Shown piece after piece: positions 9,047 through 17,237 of a stretch of DNA of 64,000 nt (position 1 is its first letter; each line of letters starts with the position of its first letter). The DNA is taken from positions 19,165 through 83,164 of IMG/VR virus record IMGVR_UViG_3300009790_002068; one strand, 5' to 3'. The DNA is from a virus. The notes beneath the pieces are model-generated. The model was not told the origin of the DNA and searched no databases. It saw only the letters and a program-made list of their open reading frames with translations. The position numbers and the translations under genes are program-made.

Positions 9047-9694
9047 ATGATGATAAAATCATTATTAGAAGGTGTTGATACTAAACTAGTTAGAAATTTA
9101 GTAATCTTACACACATTAGTAATTGCTGTTAGTAATTACTTGGTTACCATCCGGTTCAATTTATTTCCGGGTGCCGACTTACCATTGTTTGGTGAGTTTC
9201 CACTGGCGGCGGCGGCATTTACGTTTCCGATCGTTGTGGTAGCAACTGACCTAACAGTTAGGCTAGTTGGTAAAGAAGCAGGAAGAGCCGTTGTAGCAAT
9301 GGCTATTATTCCGGCTATTATTGCCTCGGTGCTTGTATTATTGGCACTAGGTGATGAACACGCCTACAGAGTAGGTTTAGCAAGTGGTACGGCTTATGCT
9401 ATTGGTACTATGCTTGACGTGTACGTTTTCCAATATATTAGAGAGAAGTATACTGATATGTGGTGGGCGGCACCGGCTATTTCAACTATCGCGGCCAACA
9501 TCATTGACACTTATGCTTTCTTCTTTACAGCATTCGCTGGTTCAACAGATGCTGAAGGAAACTTAACGTGGATAGGCGAAAACTGGCATATAGTGGCACA
9601 AAACAACACACTAACTAAAATTGTAGTTGGTTTAATTGTGTTCCTACCAGCTTATGGCGTATTACTCAATTACTTAAAAAATAGAGTAAAATAA
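9047..9694 (+). CDS. yhhQ: Queuosine-precursor (preQ0/preQ1) transporter, YhhQ/Vut_1 family
   Basis: Multi-TM protein with SNYLV, FTFP..ATDLTVR.G..A, LDVYVF and IDT..FF..AF motifs. Confidence 0.88.
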   Translation: MMIKSLLEGVDTKLVRNLVILHTLVIAVSNYLVTIRFNLFPGADLPLFGEFPLAAAAFTFPIVVVATDLTVRLVGKEAGRAVVAMAIIPAIIASVLVLLALGDEHAYRVGLASGTAYAIGTMLDVYVFQYIREKYTDMWWAAPAISTIAANIIDTYAFFFTAFAGSTDAEGNLTWIGENWHIVAQNNTLTKIVVGLIVFLPAYGVLLNYLKNRVK

Positions 9695-9707
9695 TATACA
9701 CAGATAA

Positions 9708-9733
9708 GAATAGGGGGCTTTAGCCCCTTATTC
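9708..9733 (+). terminator. Hairpin, probable terminator after yhhQ
   Basis: GAATAGGGGGCT-TT-AGCCCCTTATTC inverted repeat. Confidence 0.6.
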
Positions 9734-9777
9734 AACTAAATACAGTTATAATAAAATGACAATCCGGAGAGTTAACA

Positions 9778-10326
9778 ATGGCACATAAAGAAGGACATAA
9801 CGTTCCTTTCATTCAGTGGAAGATGAGAACAGACGGTGAGTGGGATTCAGTAGATTCAGATTTTTGGTTTAAGGATAAGACAGTAGTAGTATTCAGTTTA
9901 CCAGGAGCATTTACTCCAACTTGCTCAACTCAGCAACTTCCAGGATACGAAGATAGATATCAAGAGTTTCTTGACGAAGGAATAGACGATATCTACTGTA
10001 TATCAGTAAACGATGCTTTCGTTATGAATGCTTGGGCAAAAGACCTTGGCATTGAAAACGTTAAGATGTTACCAGATGGTAACGGTATGTTTACTAAACG
10101 TATGGAACAGTTAGTAGATAAACAAGATAAAGGTTTTGGACCAAGATCATGGCGATATGCTATGGTAGTTAAAAACCAAAAAATTATTAAACAATGGGTA
10201 GAAGAAGGTAAAACGGATAACACACCAAACGATCCGTATTCAAACACAGACCCTGGTACTTGTATCAATTGGATCAAAGGTCCATATGGTCAAGACAAGT
10301 TGAATAAAGAAGAAGATAAAGAGTAA
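9778..10326 (+). CDS. Peroxiredoxin (Prx5-like)
   Basis: PGAFTPTCS, SVNDAFVM and RSWRYAM motifs. Confidence 0.93.
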   Translation: MAHKEGHNVPFIQWKMRTDGEWDSVDSDFWFKDKTVVVFSLPGAFTPTCSTQQLPGYEDRYQEFLDEGIDDIYCISVNDAFVMNAWAKDLGIENVKMLPDGNGMFTKRMEQLVDKQDKGFGPRSWRYAMVVKNQKIIKQWVEEGKTDNTPNDPYSNTDPGTCINWIKGPYGQDKLNKEEDKE

Positions 10327-10365
10327 AACACTTTACCAAACCTACCAAATGATGAACAAATTGAT

Positions 10366-10393
10366 AAGGGCGATTAATTCGCCCTTTCTTTTT
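10366..10393 (+). terminator. Rho-independent terminator
   Basis: AAGGGCGA-TTAAT-TCGCCCTT followed by a T-rich tail. Confidence 0.75.
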
Positions 10394-10426
10394 GGAGAAA
10401 TTTCTCCAATCTTTCCGTATAAAAGG

Positions 10427-10455
10427 TTGACCTTAGGTTTAAAGTTTGCTATAAT
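10427..10455 (+). promoter_or_regulatory. Sigma70-like promoter
   Basis: TTGACC-17 nt-TATAAT with an extended -10 TG. Confidence 0.7.
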
Positions 10456-10530
10456 GTATGGACTATGTTAGAAATGTTTTCTTTACATAATATTAGTAAA
10501 CTATATAAAAACCTATGGAGGGTAATAACA

Positions 10531-10785
10531 ATGGCTAATACAAAAACAATCAATCAAAGAGTTCTAGAAGCTTTCGAAAAGGGACAAGAACTTACAAGTG
10601 CTCAAATCAAATCTAGATTTGGTGCTGGTAACCCACAATCAGTAGTACAATCACTAAGATTTGCTGGCTACCCAATTTATCTTAATTCTAAGAAAACTGG
10701 TGCTAGTAAGTACAGATTAGGTACTGCTTCACGTAGAATTATTTCTGCTGGTTACAAAGCAATGGCTTCAGGAATTGATGCCTAA
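10531..10785 (+). CDS. Small winged-HTH-like DNA-binding protein
   Basis: Basic 84-aa protein, LTSAQIKSRFG..NP..VV..LR..G pattern; GGAGG RBS. Confidence 0.6.
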   Translation: MANTKTINQRVLEAFEKGQELTSAQIKSRFGAGNPQSVVQSLRFAGYPIYLNSKKTGASKYRLGTASRRIISAGYKAMASGIDA

Positions 10786-11107
10786 GGCTGAAAAGTCAAG
10801 AACTATTAAAGGTAAAGCGGTTTCGGCCGCTTTACCTGATTTTCACCTTCCGGTAAAAGAGTTCGACTACTATGTATGCTACTGGAAGGATATTGAGTCA
10901 GATCCTAGCTGGCGTGAGTTGAAGGAAATTCAAGCGTCAAAGCCTGCGACTTGTATAAGTACAGGATGGCTAGTAAAGAAAGATAAAGACGTTCATGTTT
11001 TCATGAGTGACTTTAATTTTAACAAAGAAGGGCTAATAGGTGAAGGTGGATCAAGTACGGTAATACCTACTTCTTGTATCCTTAAACTTATTAAGGTAAA
11101 AATTTAA
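10775..11107 (+). CDS. Hypothetical protein
   Basis: 110-aa ORF; W-x-D...W...C.S.GW phage-type pattern. Confidence 0.6.
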   Translation: MMPKAEKSRTIKGKAVSAALPDFHLPVKEFDYYVCYWKDIESDPSWRELKEIQASKPATCISTGWLVKKDKDVHVFMSDFNFNKEGLIGEGGSSTVIPTSCILKLIKVKI

Positions 11108-11379
11108 TGAAAGAATTCATTACTTTTGCGACGGCTTTCAGAACAATAGTTTTAGGACTATTGATCTACATCAGTGTTGTCATGACTGATATGAGGCATA
11201 AAATACATGACTTAGAATCGTATTTAGATTCGTTATATTTAGAAGTTAACATTTTATCAAATGAACTTGAACATCAAATTGACGACGCTAACTACTCAAC
11301 AAGATTCTTGTTTGATCTATTACAACAAACGTATAGATTGGAACAAGAAGAACAACTAAACGAACAAGGAACAGAATGA
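11107..11379 (+). CDS. Hypothetical membrane-anchored coiled-coil protein
   Basis: N-terminal TM segment followed by a coiled coil. Confidence 0.55.
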   Translation: MKEFITFATAFRTIVLGLLIYISVVMTDMRHKIHDLESYLDSLYLEVNILSNELEHQIDDANYSTRFLFDLLQQTYRLEQEEQLNEQGTE

Positions 11380-11579
11380 ACACAGGAAAAATAAAATGGT
11401 TTAACCCTACTAAAGGGTTCGGTTTTATTGAAACTGGCGAAGAAGGTAAAGACTTGTTCTTACACATTTCAGCTTTACAAGAAGCTAATATTGATCAGAT
11501 CACAGAAGGTGAATCTGTATCGTATGAAATAGGTGAGAATAAAGGTAAGCCAATCGCTATCAATATCAAAAAACTATAA
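11376..11579 (+). CDS. Cold-shock domain protein
   Basis: GKIKWFN..KGFGFI and LFLHISA RNP motifs. Confidence 0.95.
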   Translation: MNTGKIKWFNPTKGFGFIETGEEGKDLFLHISALQEANIDQITEGESVSYEIGENKGKPIAINIKKL

Positions 11580-11600
11580 TATATAAAAAACTTTAATAAA

Positions 11601-11662
11601 GTGGTTGACTTTTGGCTTTAAGATGCTATACTATATGTATAGTTAATAAAAAGGAGCAAAAG
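11601..11662 (+). promoter_or_regulatory. Conserved early promoter/leader module, copy 1
   Basis: GGTTGACT-16 nt-(GATGC)TATACT...TATAGTT...AAAAGGAGCAAAA; similar copies at 12471, 23969 and 25783. Confidence 0.8.
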
Positions 11663-12034
11663 ATGGCATACATTAATAAAGAAGACGTTCAAGCAATTCG
11701 TAAAGAACTTAAAGCAACATTTCCAAAATGTAAGTTCGGAGTTCGTAAAGATCATAGCTCATCTGTGAGTGTTACACTTAAACAGAGTCCGTTTAGTTTT
11801 AATGAAGATTACATACAAGTAAATCAATACTGGATAGATCAACATCATCCAGATCACAAATCATTTTTTAATAAGGTTATTGAAATAATCAAAACAGCAC
11901 CAATCCGTGGAGATGGTTATAATAAAAACGGTTGGTATGACAATAGTGATGCTATGACTGATTATTTCGATACTGCTTATTACTTCAATTTCAATGTTGG
12001 TTCATGGAATCAACCTCATATCCAATCTAGTTAG
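11663..12034 (+). CDS. Early hypothetical protein (LPD29-like)
   Basis: IRKELKATFP..KF.VR and DNSDAMTDYFD motifs. Confidence 0.6.
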   Translation: MAYINKEDVQAIRKELKATFPKCKFGVRKDHSSSVSVTLKQSPFSFNEDYIQVNQYWIDQHHPDHKSFFNKVIEIIKTAPIRGDGYNKNGWYDNSDAMTDYFDTAYYFNFNVGSWNQPHIQSS

Positions 12035-12048
12035 AAAAGGAATACATT

Positions 12049-12144
12049 ATGGAAGTTTTACTTACTCTGTGGGTCGCCGAATGGATCTTAGCTAACATAA
12101 GTCAGGAATTATTGTACGTCTGTGTCACAGGCTGTACTTCTTAA
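12049..12144 (+). CDS. Micro-ORF, 31 aa hydrophobic peptide
   Basis: MEVLLTLWVAEWILANISQELLYVCVTGCTS with an AAAGGA RBS; ends just before the tRNA cluster. Confidence 0.4.
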   Translation: MEVLLTLWVAEWILANISQELLYVCVTGCTS

Positions 12145-12149
12145 CAATA

Positions 12150-12236
12150 GCCCTCGTGGTGAAATAGGTAAACACAACGGACTTAAAATCCGTCGCCGAA
12201 TTAGGCTTGCCAGTTCGATTCTGGCCGAGGGCACCA
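12150..12236 (+). tRNA. tRNA-Leu (TAA)
   Basis: Acceptor GCCCTCG/CGAGGGC, anticodon loop CT-TAA-AA, long variable arm, GTTCGA T-loop, encoded CCA. Confidence 0.95.
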
Positions 12237-12238
12237 AT

Positions 12239-12313
12239 ATGGGTGTGGTGCTAATGGTAACACAGCGGTCTCCAAAACCGAAGATGAGGGTTCGATTCCT
12301 TCCACCTGTGCCA
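12239..12313 (+). tRNA. tRNA-Trp (CCA)
   Basis: Anticodon loop CT-CCA-AA, GGTTCGATTCC T-arm, encoded CCA. Confidence 0.93.
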
Positions 12314-12320
12314 AAAAAGA

Positions 12321-12398
12321 CTGCCCGTAGCTCAGCAGGATTAGAGCAACAGTCTTCTAAACTGTAGGTCGTAGGTTCGAATCCTACCGGGCAGGCCA
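12321..12398 (+). tRNA. tRNA-Arg (TCT)
   Basis: Acceptor CTGCCCG/CGGGCAG, anticodon loop CT-TCT-AA, encoded CCA. Confidence 0.95.
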
Positions 12399-12402
12399 AT
12401 AT

Positions 12403-12462
12403 GTAGCAAAAATAGGCTTAAAATGTCGCTGTTTTATTGACGTTTTTTGCCTATTTTTCTAC
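12403..12462 (+). terminator. Long imperfect hairpin after the tRNA cluster
   Basis: AAAAATAGGC...GCCTATTTTT inverted repeat followed by a T-run. Confidence 0.5.
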
Positions 12463-12470
12463 TATTTTTT

Positions 12471-12535
12471 GGTTGACATATTCTGTAAAGATGTTATTAT
12501 AATAGTATAAAGTTAACAAAAAGGAGCAAAAAACT
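12471..12535 (+). promoter_or_regulatory. Conserved early promoter/leader module, copy 2
   Basis: GGTTGACA...AAAGATGTTATTATAATAGTATA...AAAAGGAGCAAAA. Confidence 0.8.
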
Positions 12536-12712
12536 ATGAAAACTACAATTTACGGAGTTTTATTTTTAATGTGTATGATATTTGCCGTTGGTTCAATTGA
12601 CGGTCCTACAGGTTATGAAAGCAATAACTGGTTAGGTTGTTTAGGATTTGCCATTGCTGGTATTTTCTTTGGACTACTTACACTAAAATCACAAGTTAAC
12701 GAAACTGAATAA
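12536..12712 (+). CDS. Small two-TM membrane protein (58 aa, not in ORF track)
   Basis: MKTTIYGVLFLMCMIFAVGSIDGP...; strong RBS and its own promoter. Confidence 0.65.
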   Translation: MKTTIYGVLFLMCMIFAVGSIDGPTGYESNNWLGCLGFAIAGIFFGLLTLKSQVNETE

Positions 12713-12731
12713 TTTATTAGGAGGTTATACT

Positions 12732-15700
12732 ATGTTTAAATTTAAATCAATTTTAATAATAGGTCTAGTATTTCTTTTAACTGCCTGTGGAGGCGGTGGT
12801 GGTGGAACACCTAGTGGTGTTTCTATTAGTCCTAATAACACAACAGTATTAAGTACAAACATTCAAAACAATATAAGTGCTATTGACCATGCCTTAGAAA
12901 CTTTAACAAGTGTAAATGGTATTAGTGCTACAAGTGTTGATAAATCAAAATTCAAATCAATGAAAGATGGCTTTGATGCTATCAAAAGTTTAAAGACAGA
13001 GTACGATAGTTTAAGTAGTGCTGATAAACTTATACTAGCAAACGTTATGGTTCAAGTAGACCTTGCTGGTTGTAAAACAGGAAGTGGTGCTCAAACATCT
13101 TGTCAGAAGTCAATGGCATTAAGTGAAGTTATAGATTTTGGTTATAATATGTATACTAGATATTACGAGCCATATCAAAACTTTTGGACTGACGGTGCTA
13201 CTACAGGTTATGTAGATGAAACATCATCAGAGTTTGCTAGTATTAAAGCAAGAGTAGAAGCTGACGAATTAAAAAGTAGAGATGATTTAGTATATAATGT
13301 TAACGAAGGAAGTGATCCTGTTAAGACAGGTGATCCTGAACACGTTATAGTAGAATATACAGAAGATAAAAAAATTGTAGTAAGTACAGGTTCAACTAGA
13401 ACTGTTACAATTAAAACTGAAACAGTAACTTATAGTGCTGGTACAGTTTCTGATTATTGGCCAACAGACTTTGACGAAACAACTGCTTCAGGATGTAACT
13501 GTTCTAAAACATATACAAACAAGTATACGGCAACTGAAACTTATAATACTCATAGAATAGATACAATCACTTATAAAAGAACTGATACAAAACATACTTG
13601 GACTGATGGAAAGGTTACAACTGAATATGGTGAGCCAACAGTAACTAAAACTGTAACAGGTGACGTTGTAGAAACAGATGTTGTTCAATCAAACTTTAAT
13701 ACAACTTCTACACTTCAAAATACAACTAGTAATGCCGTAACTGAAACAAGTCAAGAAAGTATAGTAGTTCCAAATTATGATGTTGTAGAAAAGGTAATTA
13801 TTTCTACAGATGGTACAAGAATTAAATCAACATATGATTCAACTGTAGTTGAAGTAACTGGTACTGTTACTAAAACATATACAGACACATACCAAATCAC
13901 AACAACTTATAGTTCATATAGAGAAGATACAGTAACTTATAAAAGAACTGATACAAAAATTAATTATAGCGACGGAACAAGTAAAACTATAACTGGTACT
14001 GCTGAAAAGGTTAGTACTGTAACAGGTAACGTAGTAGAACATGACGTAACTGACAGTGAGCCTGTTAGAACTGCTAGGGTATTAATATCAACAGTTGATT
14101 CGAATAGTGTTGCTTATACAGACTCAGATGAAAACTTAGGTACTAAAACAATAGGCTATTCAAATAATGCTAATGACTTTTTAGATAGTGAAACAAGAGC
14201 ATATTGTGGTAGTTCATATAGTGCTTGTTCATTAGATAGTTTAACAGTTTTCACAGATGACAATCTTGCTAACGGTACAGGTACAAGTTTTCAACATATA
14301 GCAGAAGCAGGTATTAATGATGCTTGGGCTAGAGGTTGGACTGGTAAAGGTGTTAATGTAGGTATTATTGATACAGGTGTTAATATTCATCACGATGAAT
14401 TAGATGGACAAATAGGCGGTGTATACAATAACGGTTCAACAGACTGGGACGGACACGGTTCACACGTTGCTGGTACTATTGTTGCTAAAAAAGATGGCAA
14501 AGGTACAGTAGGTGTAGCATTTGATTCTAAATTGTATGTTGTTAGAGAAACAGGTTTGAATTACAATAAAGAAGAGTATTGGAATTACTTTAAAGAAAAT
14601 AACGTTGATGTAGTTAACGTTAGTATAAATGGAAGATGGGACTATAATGTTACATTCGACGACAGTTATGTTGTTGGTAGTGATGTTAATAATCAAAACG
14701 ACACTTATAAATCATTATCACTTATTGATGGTAATAAAAACTTATACAAGTGGAACAAGACATTATTCCAAAACGGTTCATACCACAATGTTAATACAAA
14801 GATAGCAATGGATGATGACGGAAACATACTTTACGGAGGCATAGACAGTATAGAAGCATTGAGTACATTTATGTCAGGAAGTGAAATTATATTTGTTAAT
14901 AGTGCTGGTAACCAAGGTTATAGTGTGGCGGCGACTCCGGGTTGGTATGCTACTGTAACAGACGACAATGGCGATTTAATGCTAGACGGAAGAATGATTA
15001 TAGTTGGTTCATATGATCCTGCTAGTGGTACAAACAATAGCTATTCAAATGGTGCTGGACATATTTGTAGAGAAGTAGTAAATGATGTTTGTCAAGATGA
15101 TTATACAGTAAGTGACTTTTATATTAGAGCACCAGAGGCGTTTACATCATTAGATAATGTTGGTAATGGATATATTGATATGTCAGGTACTAGTATGGCG
15201 GCTCCTGTTGTAACAGGTAGTATTGCTTTAGTTAGACAGATGTGGCCACATATGACAGGTGAGAACACAGTTAAATTAATTTTACAAACTGCTGATAAAA
15301 GTTATGACGGATATGATGTAGGTGTAGACGGACAAGGTAGATTAGATATGGACAAAGCTACACAGCCAGTAGGTGCTACAGGTATTCCAACAGATGGTAG
15401 AACAACTGGTAATACTATTAGTTCAACAGGATACATAGCAGGTGGTAGTTCAATACCAAATGAAGTTAGTTCGTTGATTGTAGAAATTGATGAAGCTAGT
15501 TTTAATAGAGAATGGTTAGTGCCAATTGCTGAAGCTCACGTTAATATAGATACTGCTTTCCATAGCTTTACAAATTATGCTGGTATGACTGCTATTGGTA
15601 CAAATGACTTTGCTTTACATTTAACTGAAAATGATACAAACAAAATTGCTGTCACATTAGACGGTACTACATTTGGTTATATCAAAGAAGAAGGACAGTA

Positions 15701-16187
15701 TCTAGGAAAATACTTTAATGGTATGTTTGATATTGGTGAAACACAAACGGCTTTCTTACAAAAAGGTAATACTTGGCAGACAGGTAACAATACTTGGTTA
15801 AGTGCTAATGTAAATTTAGGATATACTCAAGTTGAAACAGTAGGACATTCGCTAATTAACAGTTCAGATGATTTATTAAGTTACGGTTGGAGTACTCAAG
15901 TTAATCATAATGTTGATGAGAATTGGTCACTTACAAGCTTCTTAGCACAGCCTGTTAGTGTTGTTTCCGGAGACATGAACATTAATGCTCCTACAAGTAG
16001 AAATGGTGATACAGTAAGCTATACAGATACAACGTATAGTCAAAAGGTTCAAACAGAAACTGATATTGGTATTACTGCTAAATTTGTAAAAGAAAACTTT
16101 AACTTTAGTATTGGTGGTGTTAGTAGATTTAATACAGTAAATGGCGACACTTATAACGTAACTACTTCCGTTGGTTGGAAGTTTTAA
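12732..16187 (+). CDS. Lipoprotein subtilisin-like (S8) serine protease with Thr-rich repeats and an autotransporter-like C-terminus
   Basis: Lipobox LLTA|C followed by Gly-run; catalytic IIDTG, HGSHVAG and GTSMAAP motifs, oxyanion SAGN; C-terminal beta-strands ending VGWKF. Confidence 0.88.
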   Translation: MFKFKSILIIGLVFLLTACGGGGGGTPSGVSISPNNTTVLSTNIQNNISAIDHALETLTSVNGISATSVDKSKFKSMKDGFDAIKSLKTEYDSLSSADKLILANVMVQVDLAGCKTGSGAQTSCQKSMALSEVIDFGYNMYTRYYEPYQNFWTDGATTGYVDETSSEFASIKARVEADELKSRDDLVYNVNEGSDPVKTGDPEHVIVEYTEDKKIVVSTGSTRTVTIKTETVTYSAGTVSDYWPTDFDETTASGCNCSKTYTNKYTATETYNTHRIDTITYKRTDTKHTWTDGKVTTEYGEPTVTKTVTGDVVETDVVQSNFNTTSTLQNTTSNAVTETSQESIVVPNYDVVEKVIISTDGTRIKSTYDSTVVEVTGTVTKTYTDTYQITTTYSSYREDTVTYKRTDTKINYSDGTSKTITGTAEKVSTVTGNVVEHDVTDSEPVRTARVLISTVDSNSVAYTDSDENLGTKTIGYSNNANDFLDSETRAYCGSSYSACSLDSLTVFTDDNLANGTGTSFQHIAEAGINDAWARGWTGKGVNVGIIDTGVNIHHDELDGQIGGVYNNGSTDWDGHGSHVAGTIVAKKDGKGTVGVAFDSKLYVVRETGLNYNKEEYWNYFKENNVDVVNVSINGRWDYNVTFDDSYVVGSDVNNQNDTYKSLSLIDGNKNLYKWNKTLFQNGSYHNVNTKIAMDDDGNILYGGIDSIEALSTFMSGSEIIFVNSAGNQGYSVAATPGWYATVTDDNGDLMLDGRMIIVGSYDPASGTNNSYSNGAGHICREVVNDVCQDDYTVSDFYIRAPEAFTSLDNVGNGYIDMSGTSMAAPVVTGSIALVRQMWPHMTGENTVKLILQTADKSYDGYDVGVDGQGRLDMDKATQPVGATGIPTDGRTTGNTISSTGYIAGGSSIPNEVSSLIVEIDEASFNREWLVPIAEAHVNIDTAFHSFTNYAGMTAIGTNDFALHLTENDTNKIAVTLDGTTFGYIKEEGQYLGKYFNGMFDIGETQTAFLQKGNTWQTGNNTWLSANVNLGYTQVETVGHSLINSSDDLLSYGWSTQVNHNVDENWSLTSFLAQPVSVVSGDMNINAPTSRNGDTVSYTDTTYSQKVQTETDIGITAKFVKENFNFSIGGVSRFNTVNGDTYNVTTSVGWKF
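13569..13958 (+). repeat. Internal duplication in the S8 protease stalk
   Basis: 24-bp exact repeat ACTTATAAAAGAACTGATACAAAA (TYKRTDTK) at 13569 and 13935, 366 nt apart, with similar flanks. Confidence 0.8.
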
Positions 16188-16200
16188 TTAAGGAGAAAAA

Positions 16201-16395
16201 ATGGATTGGTATACAACTGGATGGCTACTTGCTGTTTATACTATAGGAACATTATTTGGTTATAGAATGGCTTATAGAAAGAACTTTGTTATTATTTCAG
16301 AAACTATAGACGGCCTAAGACGTGCTGGCTTTCTAAAAGTTAAAGAAACAGGTGATGACAATTATGAAATATTAAAGGTAAAACAAAATGATTAA
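16201..16395 (+). CDS. Small membrane protein
   Basis: N-terminal TM segment; AAGGAG RBS. Confidence 0.6.
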   Translation: MDWYTTGWLLAVYTIGTLFGYRMAYRKNFVIISETIDGLRRAGFLKVKETGDDNYEILKVKQND

Positions 16396-16867
16396 GAAGA
16401 AAATTTATACTTGGCGTGACGTTGAAAAAATGTGTTCACAATTACTTGTACAACTTTACAATAGTGAATGGAGACCTGACTACATTGTAGGTATTACACG
16501 TGGCGGTAATGTACCTGCTACAATTTTAAGTAATATGACAGGTATTAGATGTGAGGCTGTTAAGGTTGCTTTACGTGATGGCGAAACAGGTAAGTCTGGG
16601 GACAGTATTGCTTGGATGGCCGAAGATGCTAAACTAGGCAAAAATATTTTAGTAGTAGATGATATAAATGACACTGGTGCTACATTTGAATGGTTATCAA
16701 AGGACTGGGGTCTTAACGGTGGCGACAATGTTCGTTTTGCTACACTAACTGAAAACTTATCAAGTAATTTCGACGGTGTTGATTATTACTGTGATGAAGT
16801 TAACAAAGCTGAAGAAGATGTTTGGCTTGTTTATCCTTGGGAAAATGTAGGAGAATACAATGGATAA
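16388..16867 (+). CDS. Type I purine phosphoribosyltransferase (Gpt-like)
   Basis: GITRGG, PRPP loop VVDDINDTGAT, C-terminal WLVYPWE. Confidence 0.9.
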   Translation: MIKKKIYTWRDVEKMCSQLLVQLYNSEWRPDYIVGITRGGNVPATILSNMTGIRCEAVKVALRDGETGKSGDSIAWMAEDAKLGKNILVVDDINDTGATFEWLSKDWGLNGGDNVRFATLTENLSSNFDGVDYYCDEVNKAEEDVWLVYPWENVGEYNG

Positions 16868-17120
16868 GACTCAATACAAAACTTACACTTGTACATATAA
16901 AGTAGAATGGCCTATAGATGAATTTGGTCGAATTGGTGGTATGTACAGTTTAGCCGACTTGCCAATCGCTGGCTATGTCGAAATGGAACGAAAGGGTACT
17001 TTGCTATCCCAAGATTCTAAACGTGAAATGTATCAAGTACAAGATTCAGAAAGAATGTTTGTTAAAAGAGTAGTTCCTTTTGACAAGGTCACAGATATTA
17101 AAGAGTTGGAAAATGGGTAG
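16860..17120 (+). CDS. Hypothetical protein
   Basis: 86-aa ORF with AGGAG RBS. Confidence 0.55.
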   Translation: MDKTQYKTYTCTYKVEWPIDEFGRIGGMYSLADLPIAGYVEMERKGTLLSQDSKREMYQVQDSERMFVKRVVPFDKVTDIKELENG

Positions 17121-17130
17121 GATAAATATA

Positions 17131-17160
17131 TTGACAACCCCCCATATTATCTGTTATAAT
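17131..17160 (+). promoter_or_regulatory. Sigma70-like promoter for queD-clpP-queE
   Basis: TTGACA-18 nt-TATAAT with an extended -10 TG. Confidence 0.75.
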
Positions 17161-17174
17161 AATGACATGAAACT

Positions 17175-17231
17175 AGACGTCTACAATGGGATCATCCGTC
17201 TTAAAAAATTCTGCTCCTTAATTAGAGAGGA
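17175..17231 (+). promoter_or_regulatory. Candidate riboswitch-like pseudoknot in the queD 5' leader
   Basis: AGACG/CGUCU stem, 17-nt loop, UAAAAAA tail, possible loop-tail pairing UGGGAU/AUUCUG, then UCCU able to pair with the AGGA RBS. Confidence 0.45.
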
Positions 17232-17237
17232 AAAATA

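Noticed and set aside
10392-10409. Perfect palindrome TTGGAGAAATTTCTCCAA (and AAAAAGACGTCTTTTT near 23954) just upstream of promoters
   Set aside because: These could be operators, but the two share no sequence and each occurs once; there is not enough support to call them.
12109-12399. ORFs 12109..12399(-) and 12122..12367(+)
   Set aside because: They overlap three clear tRNA genes and are shadow ORFs.
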